Positions 52,681 to 64,000 of a DNA stretch of 64,000 nucleotides are shown here, piece by piece; position 1 is the stretch's first letter, and each line of letters begins with the position of its first letter. The position numbers and the translations under genes were made by a program. The stretch comes from Octopus sinensis. Taxonomy: Eukaryota. The stretch lies in assembly GCF_006345805.1 (NCBI RefSeq), contig NC_042998.1:179614001-179678000 (forward strand). The letters run 5' to 3'. The notes under the pieces were generated by a model that made no database searches, was not told the DNA's origin, and was given only the letters and a program-made list of their open reading frames with translations.

Positions 52681-53301
52681 GAAGCCATGATAACACTACG
52701 AGAGTGAGAACGATTCGATTTCCAGTCATAGGAATTTCATTTCACATACCAAGGCTACAGAAATAATAAAGTTTTGTTGATTCAATTTTATTTAATACTC
52801 GTCTTTTCAATTGCAAATTTTATATTAAACTAGTTTCGAAATTTTATTTGTATTGCTCAATCAACAATTGTAATTACCTGTTTAAATTAACTACAATCAT
52901 GTTTAAAACTTAGAAATATGAAGAAATAATTTCAGCGAAAAATATAAAAATAAAGAAAAAATAAAAGAAAATTGTTAGGTGAATGTGATTATTCCGAAAC
53001 TTCACCTTTATTACAATTTAATGGAGCTTTTGTGAATAATTATATTTTATAAAATGACAGATTTAGGTGTATAATTTTTTTTTTATATGTGCTCTTGTTA
53101 GATGGCAGTTAACTTCCAACACGAAAAGGTTCCCCATTTCTTGTATAAAGATTGAATAAATTTAAATACTAGCAATTTATTTTCGTCTGTATATATGAAA
53201 ATCAGTCAACCCCGCCACACACACACTCACACGCATTTGCTTATAGATATGATATTATGTATTATATTGAATTATATACATGCATACATACATATATATA
53301 T

Positions 53302-53335
<34 letters not shown>

Positions 53336-53416
53336 CATACATACATATATATATATATATACATACATACATACATACATATACATACATACATACATAC
53401 ATACATACATACTACA

Positions 53417-53450
<34 letters not shown>

Positions 53451-54945
53451 CATACATACATACATACATATATATACTTTGGGCTTATAAATATAATGCA
53501 TATATATGTGTGTGTGCGTGCATATAATATCTACAGAAAGAGAGCGAGAAAGCTTGGCAATAGATAAAAACAAAGATTGATAGGTAGGCTTATTGACAGA
53601 TAGATTGATAGCTAGATAAACATGCATGCATACGTCACACATACATACATCATACATGATGTATTCACATATACATGCGCGAATGCATTTAGCCAATACC
53701 CATATATTAAACGAATTGAAAGAAATGAAGTGAATTTCTTTCTTTATTTTTGTTTTTGTCTTCTTCCATCTAACCAATTTACTCGATTCTTCTTGCCCGT
53801 TTCTCTCTGACTCATCCGACCACGCAACAAGGGAGCATTTCCCTGCAGCTAGCCAACCGATCAATACTTTGAAATCTGTTGCTTCAAACCCCCAACCTGC
53901 CACATTGGCCAACCATGTCTCTTTTGTGCCAGAAAAGATTCTTCTCTAAAGATTATTTGGCAGAATGATCATTCCATTAGTTGTTTAAGGTTAATGAAAC
54001 TTTATTCATTACCTAAGTGGCACATTCTTTTGGAAAACACTATTTGATCAGTTATTTGATTTCGTACAAAAACAAAACAAATAAAGAGCACAAGGAATAA
54101 AGAAATATACGAGCTGTTGGAAGCGAGCATACAAAGTACTTTTGTTGTGTGTCTTTTAGTGCACATATATTAGGTTATATGGCTGCCACTTGCTGTTTGA
54201 ATGAATGAATGTGTGTGTGTGTCTGTCTGTCTGTATGTGTGTGCAAGCGTGTGTAAGAATGAGAAAGAGAAAGTAGAGAGAAAAGTTTAGGTGCTATGTC
54301 TGAATAACACTAGCTGGAACAGAATACATGCATAAAGCCAAATTGATATTCTTATCCTTAACGTAAAGTATTTTATTAACGTACGTATTTAAAACAAATA
54401 AATTGGCAGAAACAGGGCGTTGACTACGAGACACATAGTATTCTATCACCTTTACAATTCTACTAATGCATTACCTACACTTTTATTAAATAATATTAAT
54501 ATACATTATGATGTATATAGATTCCCTGGGCGCTCATTTTGACTAATGTTCACATGTGTTTTCTTATATAATGATTTGTACATCCCTTAATCTTAGCTTA
54601 GTCCCCAAAAGGAATCTTATATAATATAGTTCGTTACATATGGAAAACGCAACTCAGAAATGAACACTAACACTAATGCTTTACTCCAGGCATTGCATGG
54701 TTAGGCAGGATTAATGCCAGCAATGCATAGATTGATGCGTTCTAAGTGAAGTCTCTAGCGAAAATACATTAGCGCATAGCGGATGGATTTAGTTCTGAGG
54801 AAGAAAGAGATTTACTTTTGGGGAAAGAGTTGCTGAAATAAGAGACATGCTATATAGCTAGTTATTTGTGTGATGCAGCAGAAATGAGTAAGGCACAGAA
54901 GTATAGGGTGAAGGTTGAGAACATGGAAGTCATTTTTGCTAAAAC

Positions 54946-55196
54946 CTGTGGTTCTCAACCATTTTTTGCCTATAGATCCCTTTAATTTCTATTTTACTCG
55001 GGTGGACCCTCATAGCCATTTGATATATAAAAGAAATCTTATATATTCATAATTAAATATTATCAGGAAATGTATAAAAGAATTAAAATATTTTGTGTAA
55101 TGTAGAGGTATAACCAATTTATTGGACATACATTTCAAGACCAAAATCTTATATGGACCTAAAAGGGTCATATGGACCAGAGTTGAGAACAGACTG
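54946..55196. mobile_element. hAT (Charlie-like) MITE
   Basis: TIR-like ends CTGTGGTTCTCAACC ... AGTTGAGAACAGACTG. Related decayed copies at ~1625-1722, ~6380-6680 and ~15705-15891 (ending TTGAGAACCACT). Confidence 0.75.
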
Positions 55197-56049
55197 GTAT
55201 AATCCAGTCTGAGGTTGAAGATATGACTATGTGGTCTGTGGATGCCAATTGCTTAAGAATTCAGCATCATAGATGCATGACAACATTATATACCCAGTAT
55301 TTAATATATCAACATTTAATAAAGAAAAATATGGGCGATACTGTGTCAAAATGTATAGGTGGCAGGGCAATAAACTAAGTACATATGTTATTTGCCTCTA
55401 CGCTCTTTGTAAGAATTGGTTCTGGATTGGCTTCGACTTTTTTTTCTTCCAGTTTAGAGAGAATTTGCACCAGCTCTACAGTGCAGCCGTTACGTTGATT
55501 TATATCTCAACTCTAAGGAAAAGAAAAAAAGGTTTACATAAAAAAAAATACCATGGCAAAAGCGTTTGAGCGTCGAATAAAATTTGTTGCTCTACGTTCC
55601 GGCTCTATACGCCCTTTGTTCAAATCCTGTCATTTTTACCTGTTGTCCTTCATGGGTTCGATAGAATAAAGTACTAGTCAAATACGGGAGTTGGATGTAA
55701 TTGACTATCCACCTTGGACTTGTGCTTCCATTAGTCATATTTAGTGTTATTAGTGCAACACTGCTTAACACCAATCAGATTTGGATTAAAACTTATGGAT
55801 TCTTTTGAGAAACATTTACAAGCTGTCATCTTATAAGAGTGAAGTACCATACTTGCCAAGTCTGAGCTATGGTACTGCACTCCTGTCTTATCTGAAAACC
55901 ATTCCGAGACTGACAAATGATTTGATCCTTTCACATGAAGTCTTATATAAACATATTCTTATTTGGAATTAATTAGCAATAAACTCAAAACACCATTCGA
56001 TACTACCAACGTATTTTATTTTTAAAACCAGCTTATATATATATATATA

Positions 56050-56265
56050 GTTAATCCAAACATGAAAACACCAAGAGAAAACACAACAACGCGAGGACGT
56101 GGAACAAATATAGTATTATTGGACGCTCAGGAAGGAAGGGAAGAAGGAGGGTTTTACGTTTCGAGCGGAGCTCTTCGTCAGAAACATAAGAAAAGTAAAG
56201 ATCCAGAGAAGGGAAGACGGAGGAAAACAATCGCCAACGGTACACACGTGGTCACATTTTGAATG
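56050..56265 (-). mobile_element. PLE-like non-autonomous fragment lying between (TA)n and (CA)n
   Basis: Homologous to the 10225-10352 arm; contains the hammerhead motif. Confidence 0.75.
56151..56185 (-). ncRNA. Minimal hammerhead ribozyme motif (intact core, GUA site)
   Basis: gttt-CTGACGA-a-gagc(tcc)gctc-GAAA-c-GTA-aaac. Confidence 0.65.
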
Positions 56266-56304
<39 letters not shown>

Positions 56305-56309
56305 ACACA

Positions 56310-56361
<52 letters not shown>

Positions 56362-56364
56362 CAC

Positions 56365-56545
56365 GGTTTAAATTTATAGCAAACAAAAGACAGAGACAGA
56401 TGAGGTAACAACAAGCAGATGTAATAGAAGCTCGGGGAGAATGGATGTTTTGATGTTTCGAGCCTACGCTCTTAGACAGAAAAGGACGAGAAGAAAACAG
56501 AGAGAGAGAGAGAGAGAATGTGTCGGGATTAACGGTTCTACATGT
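56365..56545 (-). mobile_element. PLE-like fragment, same subfamily as 43300-43550
   Basis: Shares AAGAGCGTAGGCTCGAAAC and the downstream ACATCTG(T/C)TTGTTGTT...CTTTTGT segment; degenerate core CTGTCTA. Confidence 0.65.
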
Positions 56546-56984
56546 TGAAATGCACACACTCATACGCGAGCGAGTGCACAAACACACACATACACACCAC
56601 ACACACATACACACACACGCACATGTCGCTCTTTGTGCAGTAGCGTTTAGGCCGCCACTACACCACCGCCATTACTATGCACATTGTGTAGTCACCAAAA
56701 TCGACCAAACTCTGATAGTGATACACCAATTTAGCCACAGGCAACTAACTGGAACTTGTAAAAGTGCGTGCGTGCATGTATACATACATATACACATACA
56801 TACACCCACGCTCACAATTATATCGTTAAAAATAAAATCTTACAAATTTTTTTTTTTTTAGTTCATTTAGTAACCTGAAATAGTTTCTGGTTCAAGAGAT
56901 CAGAATTCCAAATTTAGCTCATTAATAAATTCATCAACAGCATGATCACAGTGGTGAAAACGATAAAAATGGTAGAATAACTAA

Positions 56985-57281
56985 TAATGATGATGATATT
57001 GATGGTGATGGTGATGGTGAAAGAGGATTGTAAAGATAGAAGTGCTACTGATGGCAGTGGTGGCGCTGGTGCTGGTGCGAAAACAATGGACATAATGATG
57101 GTATTCTTGATGGTGAAAGCGACAATGGCGGCGGTGCTGTTGATTGTAAAGGATTTTCATAATGACGATGGCCGTAGTAGTTTTAATGGCGATTGGGACA
57201 CTACTTGCGGTGGTAGTGGTCATGGCGGTAGTGTTTTTATCTTTTGTGTTATTTTGTTCTAATATGGATGGAGTTGATGAC

Positions 57282-57314
<33 letters not shown>

Positions 57315-57350
57315 CAACGATGATGATGAATGTGCGTGGACGCGATGGTG
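56985..57350. repeat. Degenerate (GAT/GGT)n trinucleotide region
   Basis: GAT, GGT and GGC runs; produces a spurious poly-His ORF on the minus strand. Confidence 0.85.
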
Positions 57351-57974
57351 GTTTTGGCAGAATCGAAATTGAATTTGCAGTCCAATGTGCTTTCAGTTAA
57401 CAAGTTTCCTTGGCAAAGCTTAAATGACTTCATCAGGGAAGGAAAAAAATAAAAAAAACAAAAACCAATAAGACAAAAAAATAAGATTTTTTATCCTCTC
57501 ATTTCTATCTCTGTTTTTGCCAATATCTACATCTCAAACATTGCCTATAACTCACTCACCCCCTCCTCTCGCTCCCTCTCTCTTTTTTTTTTTACTCTCT
57601 GTTCTCTTCCTTTCTGTCTTCAACATTCCCACACACTGTTGATTATTTTCTTTTGCTATTAAAATATCCGCGTCTCATACTTCTAACTCTTCTTTTTTTC
57701 CTTACATTATTATTTCATACTTCTTTCCATATCTCTCGCTCTCTCTGCATGTCATTCATAATGCGTGTCTCTTATTCATATGCTCTAGTTCTTTCATATT
57801 CCAGAACATTCTCTGTAGAAGGTATTTCTACGTCTCTCACCAACAGGTTCTAAGTATTTGCATGTGCATGTGTATGTTTGTGTGAACGTATGTATTTCTG
57901 TGAACATATATGTGTATATGTATGTGTGGATATGTGTGTGTGGATATGTGTGTATATATGTGTGTGTGTGTGAG

Positions 57975-58352
57975 TATTTATATAAAGCTGAAGTTGTCTG
58001 TGTATGGAAGGTTTGGTAGACTTCAACTAACACCATCTCCTCCGGGACCCTGCGGCGCAAGTTGAACAAAATTGAGAGTATGGTAGAAGAAGGCTTGCTC
58101 TTCATTCCGTAGAAGATAAAATTCAAATCGGACCATGTTAAAACCAAATATTATTAACATCAAAAAGGTGCTTTTCTACTATGAAAATCCCTATTTTTTA
58201 CGATTTTTTTACTGCTGTGTCGCCATTTTTCGGTGTATGTCAACCAGAAAAATGCTTACTTAAAGAGAATAACAAACATAATGCAAAATTTTTACTTTTC
58301 AAAAATTCCAATTCTAAAGGGTCGAAATAAACCCGAGCAACGCCGGGCGATA

Positions 58353-58355
<3 letters not shown>
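57975..58355 (+). mobile_element. Non-autonomous Helitron-like element
   Basis: 5' TATATAAAGCTGAAGTTGTCTGT start and 3' GC hairpin CCCGAGCAACGCCGGG about 8 nt from the end; the terminal CTAG is not retained. Recognition-based call. Confidence 0.55.
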
Positions 58356-58419
<64 letters not shown>

Positions 58420-59050
58420 GTATATATATGTGTGTGTGTGTGTGTGTTTAAATTCGGCGATTTCTTCACGCCAGATATACTCGGAGTTGAAGCCAAAAGC
58501 CGTCGTCGGGACAGCATGAACCATCGATCTACAATAGCGAGTTTAAACAAATATATGAACCCTGTTATATAGACTGGGTATTTTATTGCCGTTTGTATTT
58601 CGAGGTGTACTCACACAAACACACACACACACACAGAGTGACACACACACACACACTTCCAAGGAGCAAACTGTACATTGTACTACCAAGAGAGAACTAA
58701 ACATCAGTTAATTGTAAAGATTTATTGTGGGAAATTGAAAGTTCAATGCTCAACAGTTGTTGGAACTTCCGAAGTCTCATTATGTATGTTTGCATGCATA
58801 CATGTATGTATGTATGCATGTATGTGTGTATGTATGTATATATATGTATGTATGTGCGTATGTATGCATCAATGTATGTATGCGTATGTACATAGATGCA
58901 TATATACAAACATATCTACACAAACACACGTATTTGACACCACATTTTCTTTGTTACCGCTTCGCTTTCTTGTACGTACATCTATTCTTTCTTCCTTTCA
59001 AATTTGCTCTTTCGGTATTTCTTCTTTCTCATTTCCCATACAGGACTACT

Positions 59051-59087
<37 letters not shown>

Positions 59088-59182
59088 TGCTTTATCTTTC
59101 ACTCATTTCTCACATGCTTAATATATGCACGCCTTTATTGTTACCCATTTTCTCATACATGCACGTGCTCGCGCACTAAGAC

Positions 59183-59220
<38 letters not shown>

Positions 59221-60094
59221 TATATTATAATATATACATGCGCACACACACATACATTTATATATACACATACATACACACACATACACACACACAAGCA
59301 CACAATTCACGCACCCACGCTTCCACAGAACACACGCACACATATAAATCGTTCATTTAGTTTCACACACAAAACACCTGACCCCCCCACTACAACACTC
59401 ATTCCTCCTTCTCTCTCTCATTGGCACTTCCTCTCTCTGCCCCCTCACCCTCTCTCTGTCCCTTTCCCTCTCTCTCTCTCTCTGTCCCCTTCCCCCCTCT
59501 CTCTCTGTCCCTCCTGTCTCTCTCTCTCTGTGTTCCCTTCTCTGCCACTTCTTCCTGTCTGTCTCTGTTTCTCTCTCTCTCACCTTGTCCTACATTATCA
59601 AACACCTTTCTCTTTTCAATCGCATGGCCAATCATATACTGGTCCATCTACTCAATTCCTTTAATACAGTTACAGATTTGAATTCCGCTTAAGGACATAT
59701 ATTGATCTGACAAATCAAAACAAAACTAAAATACAAAATACAAAACAAAATGGAAGTATAAAAAAAAACACAACAAAAAAAACTACGAATATATAATGCA
59801 ACATATGTAACAACCATTTCACCATCAGTTCTCTCCCCCCCACCGCCGCCCCAGAAAGGTGGAAGAGAGACTATAAAAGAAATAAGTAGAAAAACTAAAT
59901 TAACCAATATGTGTGCATGAGTAGTGTGTGTGTTTGTTTGTCTGAGCGTGCGTAATATTCTGTGTCGTTCATTTTTATTTTCTAAATTAAGATGGTAAGT
60001 TAGTGTTTAGTATTCAGAGCAAAGTGTTGCGAATGGCGCACAATAAAATGCAAAGCTGCTTTCCTTCTCGTTCACCACCTTTACTCAAACATGA

Positions 60095-60125
<31 letters not shown>

Positions 60126-60198
60126 ACACACACACACATACACACACACACACACACACATACACGTGCGCGCAAATTGACACGTATATATCGAATTC

Positions 60199-60395
60199 TT
60201 GCATGTCTGTGTTTGTCCCCTCAGCATCGCTTGACAGCTGATGCTGGTGTCCCCGTCACTTAGCGGTTCGGGAAAGAGACCGATAGAATAAGTACTGGGC
60301 TTACAAAGAATAAGTCCCGGGGTCGAGTTGCTCGATTAAAGGTGGTGCTCCAGCATGGCCACAGTCAAATGACTGAAACAAGTAAAAGAGTAAAA
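60199..60395 (+). mobile_element. 3' half of family A SINE, inverted relative to the adjacent copy
   Basis: Nearly identical to the reverse complement of 60492-60681. Confidence 0.9.
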
Positions 60396-60494
60396 GACCT
60401 ATACATACAACAAACAACACACACTAACACACACACACATTTATACAAACTTTCATATGTGTTTATATATATACATATATATCTCTTTTTTTTT

Positions 60495-60686
60495 TACTTG
60501 TTTCAGTCATTTGACTGCGGCCATGCTGGAGCACCGCCTTTTAATCGAGCAACTCGACCCCGGGACTTATTCTTTTTGTAAGCCCAGTACTTATTCTATC
60601 GGTCTCTTTGCCGAACCGCTAAGTGACGGGGACACCAGCATCAGCTGTCAAGCGATGTTGAGGGGACAAACACAGACATGCAAACT

Positions 60687-60724
<38 letters not shown>

Positions 60725-60895
60725 CATATATACGACGAGCTTCTTTCAGTTTCCGTCTACCAAATCCACTCACAAGGCTTTGCTCGGCCCGAGGCTATAG
60801 TAGAAGACACTTGCCCAAGGTGCCACGCAGTGGGACTGAACCCGGAATCACGTGGTTGGTAAACAAGCTACTTACCACACAGCCACTCCTGCGCC
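60495..60895 (-). mobile_element. Full-length family A SINE
   Basis: Head GGCGCAGGAGTGGCTGTGTGGTAAG...GGGTTCAGTCCC, then CORE-like GCACCTTGGGCAAGTGTCTTC, a microsatellite and the tail. Confidence 0.9.
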
Positions 60896-61454
60896 TATAT
60901 ATATATATATACAGACATACATCCATAACACAAGTACATATGTGTGTGTGTGTGTAATGTATGCATACACACACGTACATTTGTGTGTGTGTGTATTATA
61001 TATATAAATTAGATTTCACTCATAAAAGTTCCCTTGCCTTGCTTAGGTTTAGTCTTTTCTTGGAAAAGATCTTATATCTTTTTACATCACCCGCTCCTTG
61101 TTTTTGTTCTAAGGTGGGTGCAGCCTATTTTTCATTCACAGAACAAATGATAGAAGATTATCTTATTTTCGGACGAATTACTTTCTTCGAGGAATTGATT
61201 TGAAAAAACAAACACACCAAGATATATTTAATCTATGTTGTATTTTTAATTATATTCCATTTGAATTCGCGTTTCAACCTCAATAAGTCCGTCAGTACAG
61301 AATCTGTCTGTGTTTGTTCCACCACAGACAACCGGTGTTGGTGTGACTACGTGCCCGTAATTTAGCAGATCAGTAAAAGCGACTGATAAAATAAGTAACA
61401 AAAAAATACTGAGGTGCCCCAGTCTAATAACTGAAACAAGTAAGAGATAAAAGG

Positions 61455-61750
61455 GTAAAGACCCCCTTCGGTTATGAATGACCATAGGATTGCACCTAGA
61501 AGGTTATCCTCCAAGGCACAAGTCCGGGCAAGGTTGCTTATGGAAGACCAGCAGTCGTCCATGCATACCAGCCTCCCCTCTTCACGTCACTGATGTTATC
61601 CAAGGGAAAGCAAAGGGGCCGATACAGCTTCGCACCGGTGACGTCGCAAATCATTTCTACAGCTGAGTGAAATAAAGTGTCTTGCTCAAGAACACAACAC
61701 ACACCACGGCCGGGAATCGAACTCACTACCGCTTGATTGTGAGCCTGACA
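61455..61750 (-). mobile_element. Family D SINE with a different tail
   Basis: GAGTTCGATTCCCGGCCG...GTTCTTGAGCAAGACACTTTATTTCAC, followed by an unrelated tail ending GGTCATTCATAACCGAAGGGGGTCTTTAC. Confidence 0.8.
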
Positions 61751-61752
61751 CT

Positions 61753-61842
<90 letters not shown>

Positions 61843-61860
61843 GTATATATGTATACATAT

Positions 61861-62003
61861 ACGACACGCTTCTTTCTGTTTCCGTCTATCAAATCGGTCG
61901 CCCAAAGCTAGAGTAGAAAATACTTGTCAAGGTACCACGCAGTGGGACTGAACCTGAAACCATGTGATTGGGAAGCAAGCTTCTTACCACAAAGCCACGC
62001 CTG
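61861..62003 (-). mobile_element. Family A SINE 5' part
   Basis: Matches 60732-60893 (GTAGAAAATACTTGTCAAGGTACCACGCAGTGGGACTGAACC). Confidence 0.8.
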
Positions 62004-62022
62004 CATATATATGTGTTGTGTG

Positions 62023-62065
<43 letters not shown>

Positions 62066-62118
62066 TGTGAAGATATTTCTATGCACGCTCATATGTACGC
62101 GTATGTTTGACTCCATGT

Positions 62119-62155
<37 letters not shown>

Positions 62156-62658
62156 TGTATATATAGATATAAATACACTTGCAATATGGAAACATGCGTA
62201 GTTTACCTCCATATACCTTACCTACTCATACATCCATATGTATCTATATTTATAGGAGCACACCAAACGGCAAGACATAAAGCTGCCAGTTGGTAAAGCG
62301 ATAACATTATGGAGTATGGTATATATATTATGCAGTGCATAATCTTGCTAAATGATAACATTATAAGGACATCCGGAATTGTTGCGCTGGTGTAATATCA
62401 TATCAGCGTATACAATGTCGTTTCTAATCTACGGTTGTCTGTGCGTCCCGCAGAGTTTATTGACGCTGGTTGTTTGCATGTCTGCAGGTGGTTAATAGTG
62501 CACACACACACAACACACACACACACACACACATGCACAAATGAATAATATAAGCAAAAATATAAAATAATTTATATATATTTATATACATATATATGTA
62601 TATAAATAAAAAATATAAACAAAAAACAAAGATCACATATATATATATTTATAAATAA

Positions 62659-62689
<31 letters not shown>

Positions 62690-63384
62690 AAGATATATAT
62701 ATCCTATATCTATATATATATAAAACAGGATGTGCATGATTATGTGTGTGCGTACTTATACATATTGTGTGCATATTTATACGTATGTGTGCATGATTAT
62801 ATGCATACATATACGTTTGCATACTTATAGGTATACACATACTATAGCTAGATCATCTATATTTTCCGCAACCACTCCCCCGCCCCCATTCTTCGCAATA
62901 ATGGCAGTTGCTCTTTTTCTTTAATTCCTAAGTCAATCCTGTTGGAACGAACCTGCCTGTGCTCGAATACATCCCAATGCCTTTTCCTTTTTAATTCAAA
63001 ACTCGTGTTGGTCTAGAACTACATTTATTCACTGTTTCTTCAATTGCTCTGTTTTCATAGTTAAGGTGTGGTTTCAAGGAGATTTGGCTTCTATTTCTAA
63101 ACGAAGAGAACGTGTATTGAGCCATCTGACTGACACCGCTCACTACCAAAGTGATAATATTTTAACAAATAGTTTTCCACGCCAATTATTAGATAACGTG
63201 GTCTGATGTTAGAAGAGAGAGATCCCAAACATCCCAGCTTCTGATCTGCTGGAAATAGCAGCTAAATTTCCTTCAAATCACACTCTACTTTTTGATGGAG
63301 TGATTCAGTACCGAGAATAGAGTTAAATCTATTGCAAAATTCGAATTGGCTAAGACATTGCAATATATATATAAATAACAAGGC

Positions 63385-63558
63385 GTTCCTTGTTCCGCCG
63401 AGTTCAAATTCCGCCGAGGTCGACTTTGCCTTTCATCCTTTCTGGGTCGATAAATAAAGTACCAGTTTCGCACTGGGGGGTCTATGTAATCGACTTAATC
63501 CCTTTGTCTGTCCTTGTTTGTCCCCTCTATGTTTGGCCCCTTGTGGGTAGTAAAGAAA
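63385..63558 (+). mobile_element. 5'-truncated family C SINE with Tx1-like tail and long TSD-like flanks
   Basis: Matches 20817-20974; flanked by ATATATATAAATAAC(G)AAGG on both sides. Confidence 0.88.
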
Positions 63559-64000
63559 TATATATAAATAACGAAGGACATGTTGAATGCGGTTACATAT
63601 AAGTTTGGATGGGCACAGCTCGAACGCGGTTGATTACAAACTGGTATGTATTTAAGGATACGCTAGAATACTGCGGGACACGTCTGAGGGGCCGAAGAAC
63701 ACTGTGTAGAGATATGAATTGTACAGCCTATTAATTGTTTCATATAGTAACTTAACCAGCTGCGACTCTCAAAATCCAGTTACACGAGGACACTTTTGCA
63801 GGAAGTGTATGTTCACCAAGTGTATGTTCACCAAGTGTATATTCACCCGAATGGACATGACAAGCAAACATCTGAATTTCTGTACGATGATATCCTTATT
63901 TACTTTATTCAATAACTTTTTTCGAATGTGTTACATTAATAGATAGAGTTGAGGACAGCCAGGCTAGAACTCTACAGAAAGATGCATCAAAATCGGCCTC

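Noticed and set aside
54697-54727. GCATTGC...GCAATGC hairpin as a miRNA
   Set aside because: Stem too short and irregular; no conserved miRNA that I recognise here or elsewhere in the window.
56981-57433. His/Thr-rich 150-aa ORF
   Set aside because: Decayed trinucleotide repeat; no recognisable domain or convincing splice context.

Overview
AT-rich eukaryotic non-coding DNA saturated with microsatellites ((TA)n, (CA)n, (CTAT)n, (CATA)n, (GA)n). The repeat content looks like a coleoid cephalopod, probably Octopus; this is my inference from recognising the SINE types, not from a search. I find no host protein-coding exon, and nearly all ORF-track entries are microsatellite artefacts. The only real coding sequence is a cluster of three frameshifted, 5'-truncated L1/Tx1-clade LINE copies at 29.9-35.3 kb, each bordered by (CTAT)n arrays. 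The rest comprises at least four tRNA-headed SINE families with interchangeable 3' tails, short Penelope-like (PLE) fragments carrying minimal hammerhead-ribozyme motifs (several as fold-back pairs), hAT, piggyBac and Helitron non-autonomous elements, and an 878-bp tandem duplication. Most notable: (1) a canonical recursive-splice-site architecture on the minus strand at 48540/48541, with a strong donor 126 nt downstream; (2) a SINE whose last ~43 nt match the 3' end of the Tx1 LINE; (3) apparent (CTAT)n association and a twin-priming-type inversion of that LINE; (4) about 10 hammerhead-like motifs, two with intact cores.
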